A stretch of 64,000 nt of DNA, taken from positions 68,944,001 to 69,008,000 of the forward strand of contig OX597815.1 in assembly GCA_951406725.2 (NCBI GenBank). Reading direction: 5' to 3'. Each line of letters begins with the position of its first letter. Position 1 is the stretch's first letter. Of the stretch, positions 50,870 through 64,000 are shown in pieces. The stretch is from Octopus vulgaris. Lineage: Eukaryota. Position numbers and translations under genes: made by a program. The notes under the pieces are model-generated. The model worked only from the letters and a program-made list of their open reading frames with translations. It was not told the origin of the DNA and made no database searches.

Positions 50870-51335
50870 CAGTTCTACAATGTGGATCCTCTTCTTCCAA
50901 CCCTACAGTGTATTAATACATTATCTTCCCTACATTGCACAACCCCTTCTCTAACCCTACAATATGCACCCCTTTCTCTCAGCTCTATAAATTGTGCACT
51001 CCCTTTTTTCACCCCTACAATGTGCACTTCCTTCTCTACATCATACAGTGTGGGCCCTTTTTTCCTAGCCCTGCATTGTATACCTTCTCCAAATCATACA
51101 ATGTACATTACCTTCTCATAGCCCTACACTGCACAACTCCTTCTCTCAGCTCTATAACATGCACCTTCTTCTTTCATTCTTACATTGTGCACTCCCTCCT
51201 TCCAGCCCTACAATTTGCACTTCCTTCTCTAAGTCCTTTTTCTAGCCCTGCAATGTATACCTTCTCTAAGTCATACAATGTGGACCCACTTCTAGCCCTA
51301 CACTGTGCACCCACTTCTCCCAGCCATACATTGTG
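50870..51335. repeat. Degenerate minisatellite, unit about 27 bp (CCCTACAATGTGCACTTCCTTCTCTAG-like)
   Basis: The TACAATGTGCAC-like motif followed by a pyrimidine run recurs more than 12 times. Confidence 0.7.
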
Positions 51336-51904
51336 TGTCTCTGTCATCAGTTTATTCTCCAAATTTCTCCAGCCATCTCCTTCCTTGCACCAATTGAAAA
51401 ATATAGTTGTAAAAATTATGATTAACTTTCTAACAACAAATCTATAGTATTATTGTCATGTGTATCATCAAGTAAATGTATTGTTTGGTAAAATGTAAAA
51501 TGATATTCAATTATTTGATAAGTCATAAACACCACACACAATCTCTTCTTGTCTTCTTCACTGCACTCCAGCCTTGTCCATCTTCTGTTCTGGGAAGGAT
51601 GTACCCTGATCTGTTAATTACTGAGGTTTTGTTCTTTTAGTTGGATTAAGAAATTTTAAGTTGTTCAGAATTTGTGTGACAACCCACTCCCAATTTTAGC
51701 TCCCCAGACAATCACCTAGTTATCTAGTCTGTAGCACCAGCCTTGACTAGTATTTATATTTTATCAGTTCATCATCGATCCAAATATACATATGTGACAA
51801 GCCTCTTTCAGTTTTCATCTACCAGATCCACTACTATAACTTCAGGCTTTGGTTAGCCTGGGATTATAGTATAAAACATTTAACCAAGATGTCACTTAGT
51901 GAGA

Positions 51905-52275
51905 CAACCCATCCATATTCTCCATCCGTTATTCCTAAAAGGGTCATGAGCATAGGGTCCTCAGGCCCCTCCTCCATAGAGTTCTGTCAGAAGCAACTGT
52001 CATTACACTTTCCTGGCTGTATTCTCAAGCATAACCAACAGAGACTGTGGATATTATCCAACCACCTTGTTTTTGGTCTAGCCCTAGGTCTCATGCTGGT
52101 TGGTTTGGCTTGAAGAATCCATCTTGTGATTTTTTCTTGTTACATTCTAATTACATCGCAATAGTACTGGAACTGTTATCTCTCAGTGCAAAGAAATAGC
52201 AGCTTGACCTGGAGAGACTCACAAATCTCCAAGCTAAACATCCTATTGGGTAACATTACTCCAGAGATTCTTTGT
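51905..52275 (-). mobile_element. RTE-like LINE C-terminal fragment (second family)
   Basis: Minus-strand decayed peptide QRISGVML...RWILQAKPTSMRPRARPKTRWLDNI. Confidence 0.65.
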
Positions 52276-52709
52276 GGGTGGTGAACCCCATTTTGGTTGC
52301 TTGTATTTTGGGGCAAATTCAACCACAACAGGGTTTGAATGTAAACAAAACAGAACTAAACAACACAAGGTATGTAGAAAAGCACTCTGCCATTTCTCCC
52401 ACCTTCTCTACACCATCTTGAAGTTTTCATATGTTTACATATGGGTTTAATTTATTATTATGATAGATCTTCCCCTCTCTCTCACTTTTCATGTTCCATG
52501 CCTACAGGCTTTGATGCTCATGGACATCATCACCATCATCATTTAATGTTCACTTTTCATGCATGATAGAATCTAGAGGCAGATTTTCTATGACTAGATA
52601 CCCTTCCTGTCACCAATTCTTACCTGTTTCCCAGCAAGTTAATATTTCCCCATGGCTGAACTTGCTTCTGCAGAATACTGGAAGTGAATGACATTCATTT
52701 ATAACATCA

Positions 52710-53093
52710 TGGAAGCACTCCGTCGGTTACGACGATGAGGGCTCCGGTTGATCCGAATCAACGGAACAGCCTGCTCGTGAAATTAACGTGTAAGTGGCTG
52801 AGCACTCCACAGACACATGCACCCTTAACGTAGTTCTCGGGGATATTCAGCGTGACACAGAGAGTGACAAGGCCGGCCCTTTGAAATACATGTACAACAG
52901 AAACAGGAAGTAAGAGCGAGAGAAAGTTGTGGTGAAAGAGTACAGCAGCGATCACCACCATCCCCTGCCGGAGCCTCGTGGAGCTTTTAGGTGTTTTCGC
53001 TCTATAAACACTCACAACGCCTGGTCTGGGAATCGAAACCGCGATCCTATGACCGCAATTCCGCTGCCCTAACCACTGGGCCATTGCGCCTCC
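52710..53093 (-). mobile_element. tRNA-derived SINE family C, full length and young
   Basis: Head GGAGGCGCAATGGCCCAGTGGTTAGGGCAGCGG...GGTTTCGATTCCC. Flanked by an ATTTATAACA repeat (TSD-like). Inserted into an older SINE. Confidence 0.85.
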
Positions 53094-53164
53094 ACTTATT
53101 TATAACAATCACTTGATGTCAAGATAAGGAGACATAAACATACACACACACTCACACACATATA

Positions 53165-53229
<65 letters not shown>

Positions 53230-55011
53230 TTATTTAGGGATACATATATACATATGTCACAAGCTTCTTTCAGTTTCCATCTACCAGATCCATTACTACA
53301 ACCCCAGGCTGACCAAAGCCTGGGGTTATAGTAGAAAACACTTACCCAAGATGTCACTTAGTGGTATTGAACCCATAACCATGTGGTTGGGAAGTAAACT
53401 TCTTAACCACTTAGTCACATCTGCACCGCCATGCCAAAATCCAAAGATTCAATAATTTCTCTTGGGAAACACACAGCCGTGTTTTCCCATTGCCTTCTTA
53501 TTTATTTACAGTTAAGTCTGCTTTACTCCTACTCTCCATTATTTATCCTTCAAGCAGAGGATCTAAACCCTTAGAAGGACACATGTCACAGAAGGGCATG
53601 CTCACACATCAGTGGCCCTCCTCTGAGTTCTGTATGCTTTTGCTACAGGACCATCAACTATTTGACTCCTAAATATAGCCCTTGACAAGTACTACCACCT
53701 TGGGCCAGTGTGGACTTGTGAGTAATTGACTGAGGAATGTTCCCCTTCTCCTCTAAACTCTTGATCTCCCAAACTGGTACTTCACCATTGGATGTAGTTT
53801 AATGTTCTGCTCAGGACTACCTGATAAACCAGCTTACCTTTTTGACAAAGGAATTTTTCAGAATGAAACCATATTAACTAACCCCCACTCCAACCCAGTG
53901 ATGACTCTCTCATTTTTTATGAGTGTGTGTGTGTGTCTGTTTGGAGCCTGAAAAGGCAGTTCTACGGCATGTTCTCAGAGACAGTGATGAAATTTTTATC
54001 ACACCCATGTACACACACACACACATACGCAAGCATAATGTAATGAAACACAGATGTAAAATCCTACTTGTAAACTTGATGATCTGCATAAATGTATACA
54101 AGTATACAATGTAAAACACACACACACACACATGCAGACACGCACACACAAATTCCCTCATGCATACACAGAACACTTAGTCTGGTCAATTTTTGCTAAA
54201 TTGATCTTTGTTAAGCTCTTTCTCATTTGCACATGTCTACACACACACACACATGTAGACACACATGCTACAAATACATACACATATGCACACAGTTGAA
54301 TATATATAAAAAAAAAAGCAAGCCCTCTCTGTACTCACTTCATCTCCTTTACCCACCTTTTCTCTCATTCCCCTTCCTTTTATGCTCTTTCCATCTCACA
54401 CACATCTATCCACACACAGATCTGTACACATGTACACCTAGTTGAATATACAAAAAAAAGACCCCTTTGAACTTTCTTTGTCGCCTTTACCTCTTCCTTC
54501 TCTACCCTGTCTGTCTGTCTCACTCTGTTTGTCTGTTTCTCTCTCTCTCTCTCTCTGCCCCACCCTCCCATCCATCTATTCTCTCTAAGTAGTTTAGTTA
54601 CCATTTTAGATGCCATTATCATAGAGGTTGTAACCAGTCCCAACATTCTAATTCCACCCTCCCAGATATTACTCTAATTTATCCACTCATCTTTGTGAAT
54701 ATAACTTTATATAATATAAGAAAAAAAAAAAGAGAAAAAAACCTAGTAAAAGTCTATTTCACTTTATCATTCATAATCATTGATTTGTGTGTATATATGC
54801 ATGAGCATATGCATGAATGTATGTATGTAAGTTTGTATGTATATGTGTGTGAATATGTCTTGTGTAAATATGATGTATATATGTGTATGTAAGTATGTCT
54901 TGTGTATATATAATGTATATGTATCTGAGTATGTTTTGTGTATATTTGATGTATATGTATGTGTGTGTCTTGTGTATGTATGCATGAGTTTATGTATGTG
55001 TGTAAATGTCT

Positions 55012-55042
<31 letters not shown>

Positions 55043-55408
55043 AGTATATGTCTATATATGTGTGTTTTCTCCTCTTACTGTATTGTATTTTATTTATATA
55101 TTATTGTATCTTCAACAGTGGTTTAGGTTCAAAAATAAATTCTATAAACTATTTCAAGTCTGATAGTATTGAATGCTTGGTAGTTGAATAACTGCCATAT
55201 TCTTGTTGTTGTTGTTGCTGTTACTGTTGTTGTTGTTATTGTTATTGTTGGTGTTGCTCTTCTTAATATTATCATTGTCCTTATTGATCCTTGGTGAAAA
55301 GCAATCCCATCAGGGGGTGGATTTGCTTCACATCCCTTTGGAAATCAATAAAAGAAGTATCATCATTGTTATTAGCACTGTCCCCTCCTCCTCCTCCTCC
55401 TCCTCATC

Positions 55409-55440
<32 letters not shown>

Positions 55441-55462
55441 CATCATCACCACCACCACCACC

Positions 55463-55493
<31 letters not shown>

Positions 55494-55999
55494 GCAGCAG
55501 CAGCAGTATCCTTACCAGCATCATCACCAAAATTTAAGATCTGTCTTCCATGTTGGCATGGATTAGATGGGTTGACAGGATTCAACTCACCAGAGGGCTG
55601 TGTCAAGCTCCAATGTTTACTTAGGCATGGTTTCTATGGTTGGATGCCCTTCCTAATGCTGGTCACTTTATAGAGTGTATGAAGTGCTTTTATCATGATG
55701 CCAGCATTAGTGAGGTGGCCAAGTAACTTGCTGGATGAAGGAAAAATCCTTTCCACTGATGATGTGGTAGTAGTGAGGGAGGTGGCTTTATGCCAGGTGT
55801 TTTTCAATCACATTTTTTAAATTCAGTCAACACCCCATTTTTGTATGTTTGCTTTTCATCCTTGTATTGTTCTCTGTGTCTTGGTCCCTTGTGACCAATA
55901 AAAGAAATCATCTTCATCATCGTGGAGTTATTTTATGCTACTTTAGTTAGCATGCTGGCTTAAGTCATTATTTCATTTACGCAAACAGATTAAACTGTT

Positions 56000-58050
56000 G
56001 GAGAAGAAACAATTCCTAACACCGGGCTACAACAAGCAACCTTAGATGCCAAGAATCTTCCTAAGTATCTTAGCTGTCCCTAATACTGTTTTCAGGAGCT
56101 GCACTAAACTAGGTTGTATATCTATTTCCTCTGTCCATCTGTTCAAATCTATAACTACAGAGATACATTTTATTCATACCTTCCATAGCCTCTGTAATTC
56201 AATGGCTAGGTCCTGGGTCCTTGCTATTTTCTCTATACATCTCATATTGACTTTCTCATCATTTGGGACTGTAAAGTCAATTTCTTGCTAATTTCCATTC
56301 TCTTTGTCTACTACAACTAAATCAGGCCTTCAGGCTTTTATTATGCTGTCAGCCTGAATGTTAAAATCCCACACCATTTTATACTTCTTACTTTCTTGCA
56401 TTAGGTTCATGTTCATACCACTTATTAGAATGGTCAGATCCTAGCTTTCTACATAACTCACAGTTGATTATTCTCCCTTGGTTGTCATATCTTTTCTTAT
56501 TTTCCTTCAGTTCCAGCTAATTATATGAGTACTGTTTTCTTCCTTTGATTTACATAACCTACATTGAGAATCTACCTGATTTTTTACTATCTTGGCTTTT
56601 ATCCTGTTAGTCCTCAATGCCTGATCTGCTGCTGCTACTAACAAACTTTTTATTGCCCTTTTCAGTTTTCCTGTCTGCAACTACAGCCATGTCTTGCTAT
56701 TACTATTTTCTGTGACTATCTTTGAAAATCTACATGCAATGCCTTCTCTCTCCAGTCAGATAATCTTGCTTCTTTTTGCTTGTTTTTAACTACATTTGGC
56801 TTTTTGATTTCCATATCTCCTATTGTTACACTAGCAGCTGTTAATAAACTTTTCTCATTATATAGGAAGCTGTATCTACTCTATTTAGCTAATCTCTACC
56901 ACCTTCCTTTCTAGATAAATACAATATTGCTACTCCTGCACTAAGATGCTCCCTTCATATGGAATTCCTTCCTAGTTCTTCTGTCTAGATTTCTAGAAGT
57001 AAATTCTAACTGTCAAGATGCTCATAAATTTCTGAGAGCATCACTATTAACAGTTTCTACACTAATAGTAAGCAAGTGATTGGTCTATAATTACTAGCTA
57101 TATTGCCTTTGCTTTTGTCTTTCATGAGGAGTACTGTTCTCCCTCTGGTTATCCCATTAGGTATGATTCCTCCATTTGGGCAACTCTGAAGCTGTTCTCT
57201 CAGTTTCCCATGTAAGTTTCTAAAATTTTAAACCAATACCCTTGAACTAAATCTGGACTTGGGCCCTTCTCATTAGGCATTCTTCTTAACAGTTTACTTG
57301 TTAATGCACTAGTTTTAGATCTAGCTTTTTCTCACTAGCTTCTACTTCTCCACTTTCTTTAACCATACTGCATCCTATTTATGATTATCTGGCTTATCTC
57401 AAATATCACCCCAGTTCTGCATTAGGTTTCTCATTTTCAGTAGTTTCTTCTACACTATTCATTTGGCCTGCCTCAAACAATCCATTATATTGATACTGAT
57501 CTATTCTTTTTTGATATCTGGAAAGCTATGATATGCTGTTTCAGCTCTTCCATGACTGTCCCAAACCCTTTCTTTTTGACTAAGTATTTTTTTCTCAAGA
57601 GACGATTTAAATCTTGTGTTTCCTAACTTGTCCTGTTTCCAGGCTTCTATTCTACTCAGATTTTGACTTAAATCTTCACTTTATTTCCACATCTGTTCCT
57701 TCCTATTCTTTTCTTGGGGAATAACTAGCCTGTTAATAACTATTATACCTCAAATATAGATCAATAAGTTAGTGTCACTCATATTTTTAGTATCAACCTT
57801 ACTGATAACAGAACCTACTTTCCTAGTAATATCTAGTAACTTCCCTCTATTAATAACTTTTAATCCTGGTAATCTTTTCCTTTCTTCTTTATTTATTCAT
57901 TATTTCCTCCAACACATCTCAAATCTCCTGATTTTCCTTACTTAAGTCACTAGTGTCAGTTTTCATTCCTGATTGGCAGTGCTAGGCTCTTCCTTGGCTT
58001 GAGCTATGTAATGGAACTACAAATACAATATCCCTGCATATCTCATGTCT
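56000..58050 (-). mobile_element. R4/Dong-like RLE non-LTR retrotransposon, decayed, RT core deleted
   Basis: Minus-strand motifs in order: NYRPITCLL, LYLSRKEGGR, WDFNIQAD, RPDLVVVDKE, DLAIELQRLWKV, LGTAKILRKILGI* (stop at 56042-44). Many stops and frameshifts. Confidence 0.8.
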
Positions 58051-58125
58051 ATTTTCATTCCTCCACTTCACTCTCTATTTCATATCTTATCTAGAATAAC
58101 TATTGCTTAACCATTTTCTCACACT

Positions 58126-58173
58126 GTCTCCAATGAAGGGATATATAAAATATCCCAGAAACAGCTGTAAGAC
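58126..58173 (+). ncRNA. Decayed minimal hammerhead ribozyme motif
   Basis: GTCT-CCAATGA-A-GGGATAT-ATAAA-ATATCCC-A-GAAA-CAGCTG-TA-AGAC. All three stems are perfect; the core differs from CTGATGA at two positions. Confidence 0.6.
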
Positions 58174-58859
58174 CTTCTATTTATAAATGTTCTGAAATCT
58201 TTCACAGCCTTGGATTTTTATCTCATTCTGTTAATTAATTTATTTATTTGTTTGTTTGTTTTTGTTTGTTTGTTTGTTTGTTTGTTTGTTTGTTTGTTTG
58301 TATGTATGTATGTATGTATGTATGTATGTATGTATGTATGTATGTATGTATGTATGTATGTATGTATGTATGTATGTATGTATGTATGTATGTATGTATG
58401 TATGAATGAAATTATTATTATTATTATTATTATTAAGACAGTGAACTGGCAGAATCATCAGCATGCCAAGCAAAATGCTTAGTGGCATTTCATCCAACAT
58501 TACATTCTGAGTTCAAATTCTGCTAAAGTCAGCTTAGCCTTTCATCCTTTCAGGGTCAATAAATTAAGTACCAGTGAAACACTGGGATTGATGTAATTGA
58601 TTAGTCCCCTCTCCTCAAATTTCAGGCCTTGTGCCTTTAGTAAAAAGGATTATTATTATTATTATTAAGGTAGCAAACTAGCAGAATCATTAGTGTACTG
58701 GACTAGCGCTGGACTAAATGATTAGCAGCATTTCTTCTGGCACTTTACATTTTGTGTTCAAATACTGTTGAAGTAAATTTTGCCTATCATCCTTTAGGGA
58801 ATGGGGGTGAGGGTGGGGTGTGCAATGAAATTGACTAGCCAACTCCTCATTTGTGTCTA

Positions 58860-59228
58860 TTATTACTTCCGCCTTAACAAAGGCAGAGGTATTGTTTACA
58901 GTCATGTTTGTTTGTTTGTCTGTGGACAAAATATCTTGAGAACCACTGGATGGATTTGAATGAAACTTTCAGTGATGTTTTGCCTTGTGATTGGCATGAA
59001 CTGATTATATTTTGGGATTGACCTGTTACTGGACAAGGATTCTGGATTATTTTTCCTGTCTTTTTATTTAATTTTTGAGAGCAGTCGGGTTCATATTTAG
59101 TATTCTCATTGTTGAGAGCAGTCAAATTTATTTAAGATATTCTCATTCTAAAAAATCATCTCTGGCTAATCGTTGAAAGGATGTTGGTGTTGCCTTGGTA
59201 GAGGTTTGCACTCTCTGAGTGCTCTTGT
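58860..59228 (+). mobile_element. Non-autonomous Helentron-type (HINE/DINE-1-like) element
   Basis: 5' TTACTTCCGCCTTAACAAAGGCAGAGGT hairpin, then a (GTTT)n/GTCT tract. 3' GCCTTGGTAGAGGTTTGCACTCTCTGAGTGC (subTIR plus short hairpin). T-rich ends. Confidence 0.6.
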
Positions 59229-59471
59229 TATTATTATTATTATTATTATTATTGCACACCAGGTAAAATTCTTAGCAGCATTTTGTCTGTCAAGTCCAGC
59301 AATTCTGGGGAATGGGATAAGTCGATTACATTGTTCCCAATGTTCAACTGGTATTTATTTTATTAACCCTGAAAGGATGAAAGACTAAGTTAAAACTTGG
59401 TGGAATTTGAAGTTAGAACATATTGACAGACAGAATGCCACTTAGTATTTTGCCCGGCATACTAATGATTC

Positions 59472-59706
59472 TTATTTCTTTATTGCCCACAAGGGGCTAA
59501 ACATACAGGGGATAAACAAGGACAGACAAAGGGATTAAGTCGATTACATCGACCCCAGTGCGTAACTGGTACTTAATTTATCGACCCCGAAAGGATGAAA
59601 GGCAAAGTCGACCTCGGTGGAATTTGAACTCAGAACGTAATGGCAGACAAAATACTGCTAAGCATTTCGCCCGGCATGCTAATGATTCTGCCAGCTCACT
59701 GCCTTA
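59472..59706 (-). mobile_element. SINE family B, young copy abutting an older copy
   Basis: CpG-rich intact core TCGACCCCGAAAGGATGAAAGGCAAAGTCGACCTCGG (as read on +). Confidence 0.85.
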
Positions 59707-59722
59707 GTAATAATTATAGTAA

Positions 59723-59779
<57 letters not shown>

Positions 59780-60679
59780 CATCATCATCATTATCATGAT
59801 AACATTTTTGGCCTTAGGCCAAAGTTTAAAACTATTCTTTAAAAGAAAAAAAAGAAAGGAAATAAAAAATTTTATCATCATTATCATCATCTATTCTTAT
59901 TATAATTTTATTATGAAACAATAACATTACTGTGAGGATTATTGTTATGTAAACATGATTTAGCATTTTATCATTGGATGCCAATAATAGCTCTCTGGGT
60001 AAAAGAATACACTGTGCATGTATCTCTCATGTTTTTACTATGCAGCTCTTGACAAAGATCCTTAATTAGTTTTTTATATCTGTTATTATGTTTTAAGGGT
60101 GATCAATATAAAAATACAAAACACTAATAATCTGAGAGAGGAGAGAGACATGGAGAGAGACAGAGTGAGAGAAAGAGAGTTAGAGTTAGAGAGAGAGGGA
60201 GAGAGGGGAGGGAAGGAAGGAGAAAGACAGAGTGAGAGAAAGGAGAGAGGGAAGAGAGAGATAAAGTGAGTGAGAGAGAAAATGAGAGAAACAAAGATGT
60301 GTGATAAAGTGTATGAGAGAAAGTTTGAGGGAAAGAGAGAGATAGAGAGAAAGAGAAAGTGTGAGAAAAAAGAAAAAGTGAGAGAGGGAGAGAGAAAGAG
60401 AAATTGGGAGAAATGAAAGAGACAGAGAAAAAAGAGAGAAAGAAAGTGTGAGAGAAAGGCAGAGAGAGATTTTTCATTTTTTTCACTCAGCATGTAGGGC
60501 AATAATTCTGTTATCAAGGTATTGTTGAAGTGACTTGCTGGTTATTATAATTATTATTGTCTTTAGCCCCAGGTCAGACCTGGTCCAGTTATCAAAGTGA
60601 TCAAAGGTGTTCCGACTGTGATTGTTTTATCTTTTATTTGGATGTAGAATATATTGGATTATCTTATCTAATATCTTCT

Positions 60680-61125
60680 ATCTTTTACTTGTTTCAGTCA
60701 TTAGACTGTGGCCATGCTGGGGCACTTGCCTTGAAGGATTTTAGTCAAATGAATTGACCCCAGCATTTTTCTCTCTTTAAAGCCTGGTACTTATTCTATC
60801 AGTTCCTTTTTGCCAAACTGCTAAATTGCAGGGATGTAATCAAACCAACTTCAGTTGTCAAGCAGTGATGGGGTACAAACACAGACACAAAGACACTCAC
60901 ATACTCACATACATGATGGTCTTCTTTCAGTTTACACACACACACACACCACACACACACATATATACATATATACATACATACATGTCAGGCTTCTTTC
61001 AGTTTCCATCTACCAAATCCACTTACAAGGCTTACAGTAGAAGACACTTGCGCAAGGTACCATGCCGTAGGACTGAACCCAGAACCATATGGTTGAGAAG
61101 CAAACTTCTTACCATACAGCCATTC
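60680..61125 (-). mobile_element. SINE family A
   Basis: Reverse complement of 25187-25612, more diverged. Confidence 0.75.
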
Positions 61126-62908
61126 CTTCTTTTTAAGACGGTAAGATTTAGTTTGAGGGAGATTTGACTGCTATTTCTAGTAGGTTGAACAACTGTGAAA
61201 ACTTTCACTTTTTCCTTGGCTTGTTATTATAGTTGTTATTTAGGAATGTTGGATCATTAAATCATTGCAAAAAACCCCATCTAGTGGTATTTCTTCCAGG
61301 TCCTTACATCCTGAATTCAAATTCTCCTGTGACTGGCTTTAACTTTTCTCCCTCAGGAGTTGATAAAATAAAGTACCAGTCTAATGTTGCAATCAATGTA
61401 ATGGTCTGACACCCTTCCCTCAAACTTGCTGACCTTGTGCTTAAATCAGAAACCATTATTATTATTATTATTATTAAGGTGGTAAGCTGGCAGAATTGTC
61501 AGTGCACTGGGCAATGCTTAGCGTTATTTCGATTGACTTCATGTCCTGGGTTCAAATTCTGTGAGGTCAACTTTGCCTTTCATCCTTTTGGAAGTCAATA
61601 AAATAAGTACCAGTTAAGTACTGGGGTTGATGTAATCGACTGTCTCTTGCCTCCAAATTTCAGGCCTTGTGCCTTTACTAGAAAGGATTATTATTATTAT
61701 TAGTATTATAAAAATAATGGATTGGCTGAATCATTAGCACACTGGAAAAAGTACTTTGCTGTATTTCTTTTGACTCTTTATGTTCTGAGTTCATATCTCA
61801 TGCCTGTCTTTGTCCCACCACACACTATAGCCACCCCTATGTACTAACATCTCTGTTATGCAAATTGTATCTTTCATTTATTGTATCTGTCATCATACTG
61901 TTTGTGTGTGAAGGACTAGGAAAACATATTACCTTGTTTGGAAGCAGGTGAGGGTTGGTGACAAAAAGGCTACTTCTCTGTAGAAAACTCATTCCAAAAA
62001 TTTCATCTGACCCATTTTAATGTTAGCACCATTTTAATGTCCACTGAAAAGGTGACAATAAAACACCACCACCCCTGCTAATAGTGATGATGGTGATAAT
62101 GACAGTGATGGTGATTATGATGGTGATGGTGGTGATGGTGATGATGGTGTTGGTGGTGGTGGTGATGATATAGAGTAAAATGTAGTGTCTAACAAAAAAA
62201 AAAAAATAATAATAAAGGAGCAACCAATGTCAACATATATTTTAGGAAGTCAAATTTTAAATAAAACTTTATGAAAATAACTTAATCTATAATGTTTTTA
62301 GTTATTATAGAATTATAAGGGAAAACTTAAACAGCAAAAGGCTAATCTAGATAATTTGAAAGATCAGTGATGTTGGCCTATTTTATAAATATCAAGCTCA
62401 TATATAATGCATCATTCAATTCTGACCTTTAATTCTCGTGTAATTGTGTTTTTCTTTCATTCTTCATTATATATACACTGCTGTGATGATACATCGAACT
62501 TAAACTATAATAATAAAGAAAATTGTGTTTCAAAGTAGAAACAGTTAGTATATGTCAGTGATGAGACATGGGTAATGAAACATACCTGTATTGTTATTGA
62601 CTGTTTCTTGTGTCTCATCATCATCTTCTTCATTGTTTTAATGCCCTCTTTTCTATGCTTGCATGGGTCGGGTGGAGTTTATTGAAGTAGATTTTTTTTA
62701 CCATGGCTGGATGCTTTTTGCTGTTACCAACTTCCCCCTGTTTCCAAATGAGGTAATGTTTCCCATGGTCAGATATGTTCTTCACAGTAAATTGGAAATG
62801 AATGACGCTGCTCGTATGACAGTGACTCTCATTTACAGCTATCACATTATGTCAAGACAAGGGAACACAAATATACATACTCTCTCTCACACACACACGT
62901 GCACGCAC

Positions 62909-62944
<36 letters not shown>

Positions 62945-64000
62945 CAAGCTTCTTTAAGTTTCTGTTTACCAAATCTATTCACGAGGCTTTGGTCAGCCTT
63001 GGACTATAGTAAAAGACACTTGTCCAAGGTACTACTGAACCTGAAATCATGTGGTTGGGAAGCAACCTCATAGTCAGTCATGCCACATCTGTCTGACAAT
63101 ATCATTTCCTCCCTGTTGAAGGAAATATCAACAGGAAGAAATCCCAATATTGTGGGACTGCTTATAGTGAATCTCAACTTGTTATGGAGAGATCCCCAGG
63201 ACCATCCTCTATGGCACATGTAGAATGTAATGAAATGACAACAGACAGTCAGCCCATCTGGCAATGTCCCCTAAAGTCAATTAAAATGTTATTTACAACA
63301 AACATTACTGTTGTCTACAACTGCTTGAAATGAGGTTGGTTGTATTTACTATGGGCTGTCTTCCTCAACCTTACTGCCATGATATGTGTGTGTGTGTGTG
63401 TGTGTGCATGTGTGTTTGTATGTTTAAAACCTACATTGGTCTACAGTTAAAATGGCATCAACATTTCCATCTCAGTCACTAATGGTGATGCCACCATTTT
63501 ATGGTTGGACTGTCAAACAAATTACCCACTAGCTCTCTGCTTTCAAATTCCTCTTGCATAAAATAATCCCTTACTTAAAAAAAAGTTAAAGGTTGTTGTT
63601 AGGAAGAGCATCCAACCATAAATATCCTACTTCAAACACCTCACATCTAAGCCGGGGGGGGGGGGATAGACATTAAAATAAGCTGACAAACAAATGAAAC
63701 ATAAACATGGATAGAACATATATAAAAGTAGATGTTATAATTGATTGTGAAAGGATGAGAATAAAGACAATGAAGGTGATGAAAATAATGATAATGGTAA
63801 AAGTTAAAACTGAAGAACTGTTGAAATTTATCAAGCCAATAATCAAGGTTTTCATGTGTTAAAAGCATAACACCAGAGATTTCTATAGGACTCATAGGAG
63901 TCCCTGACTCTTAATGGAAACATTTATTAAATTACATCTTTACACACACACACTTGCTTTATTCTGATTAACATAACACAATAGAAAAGATTTAATTTAG

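Noticed and set aside
53020-53093. tRNA gene on the minus strand (also near 28915-28988 and 25187-25260)
   Set aside because: tRNA-derived SINE heads continuous with the SINE body; no proper acceptor stem or terminator.

Overview
AT-rich animal genomic DNA, most likely from a coleoid cephalopod (Octopus-like). This is inferred from the dense tRNA-derived SINE families, RTE LINE tails, (TA)n/(CA)n/(TATG)n microsatellites and a C2H2 zinc-finger remnant. The window looks almost entirely intronic or intergenic, and nearly all ORF-track entries are microsatellite or repeat artefacts. One convincing host exon is visible (22886-22990, + strand, phase 0/0, SQLIPPRQPSGSSRIFQKSSKRRQSAPALGLSNSQ), plus a CpG-retaining promoter-like zone near 31.4 kb. 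The rest is transposon debris: at least 3 SINE families; RTE, CR1 and R4/Dong-like LINE fragments; a Helitron; Helentron-type elements; piggyBac and hAT MITEs; a Chapaev-like remnant; and a solo LTR with 5-bp TSD. The most striking signal is a set of at least five short, ORF-less elements with dissimilar sequences, in or beside microsatellites. Each carries a minimal type I hammerhead-ribozyme motif (2273-2332 +, 2947-3027 -, 9511-9572 +, 16755-16799 + with its mirror at 16500-16544 -, 58126-58173 +). Two of them have long inverted repeats, one an apparently perfect palindrome with 265-bp arms. This fits Penelope-like (PLE) pseudo-LTR remnants or non-autonomous ribozyme-bearing retroelements that target (TA)n. 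All calls were read by eye, with no database search or folding program.
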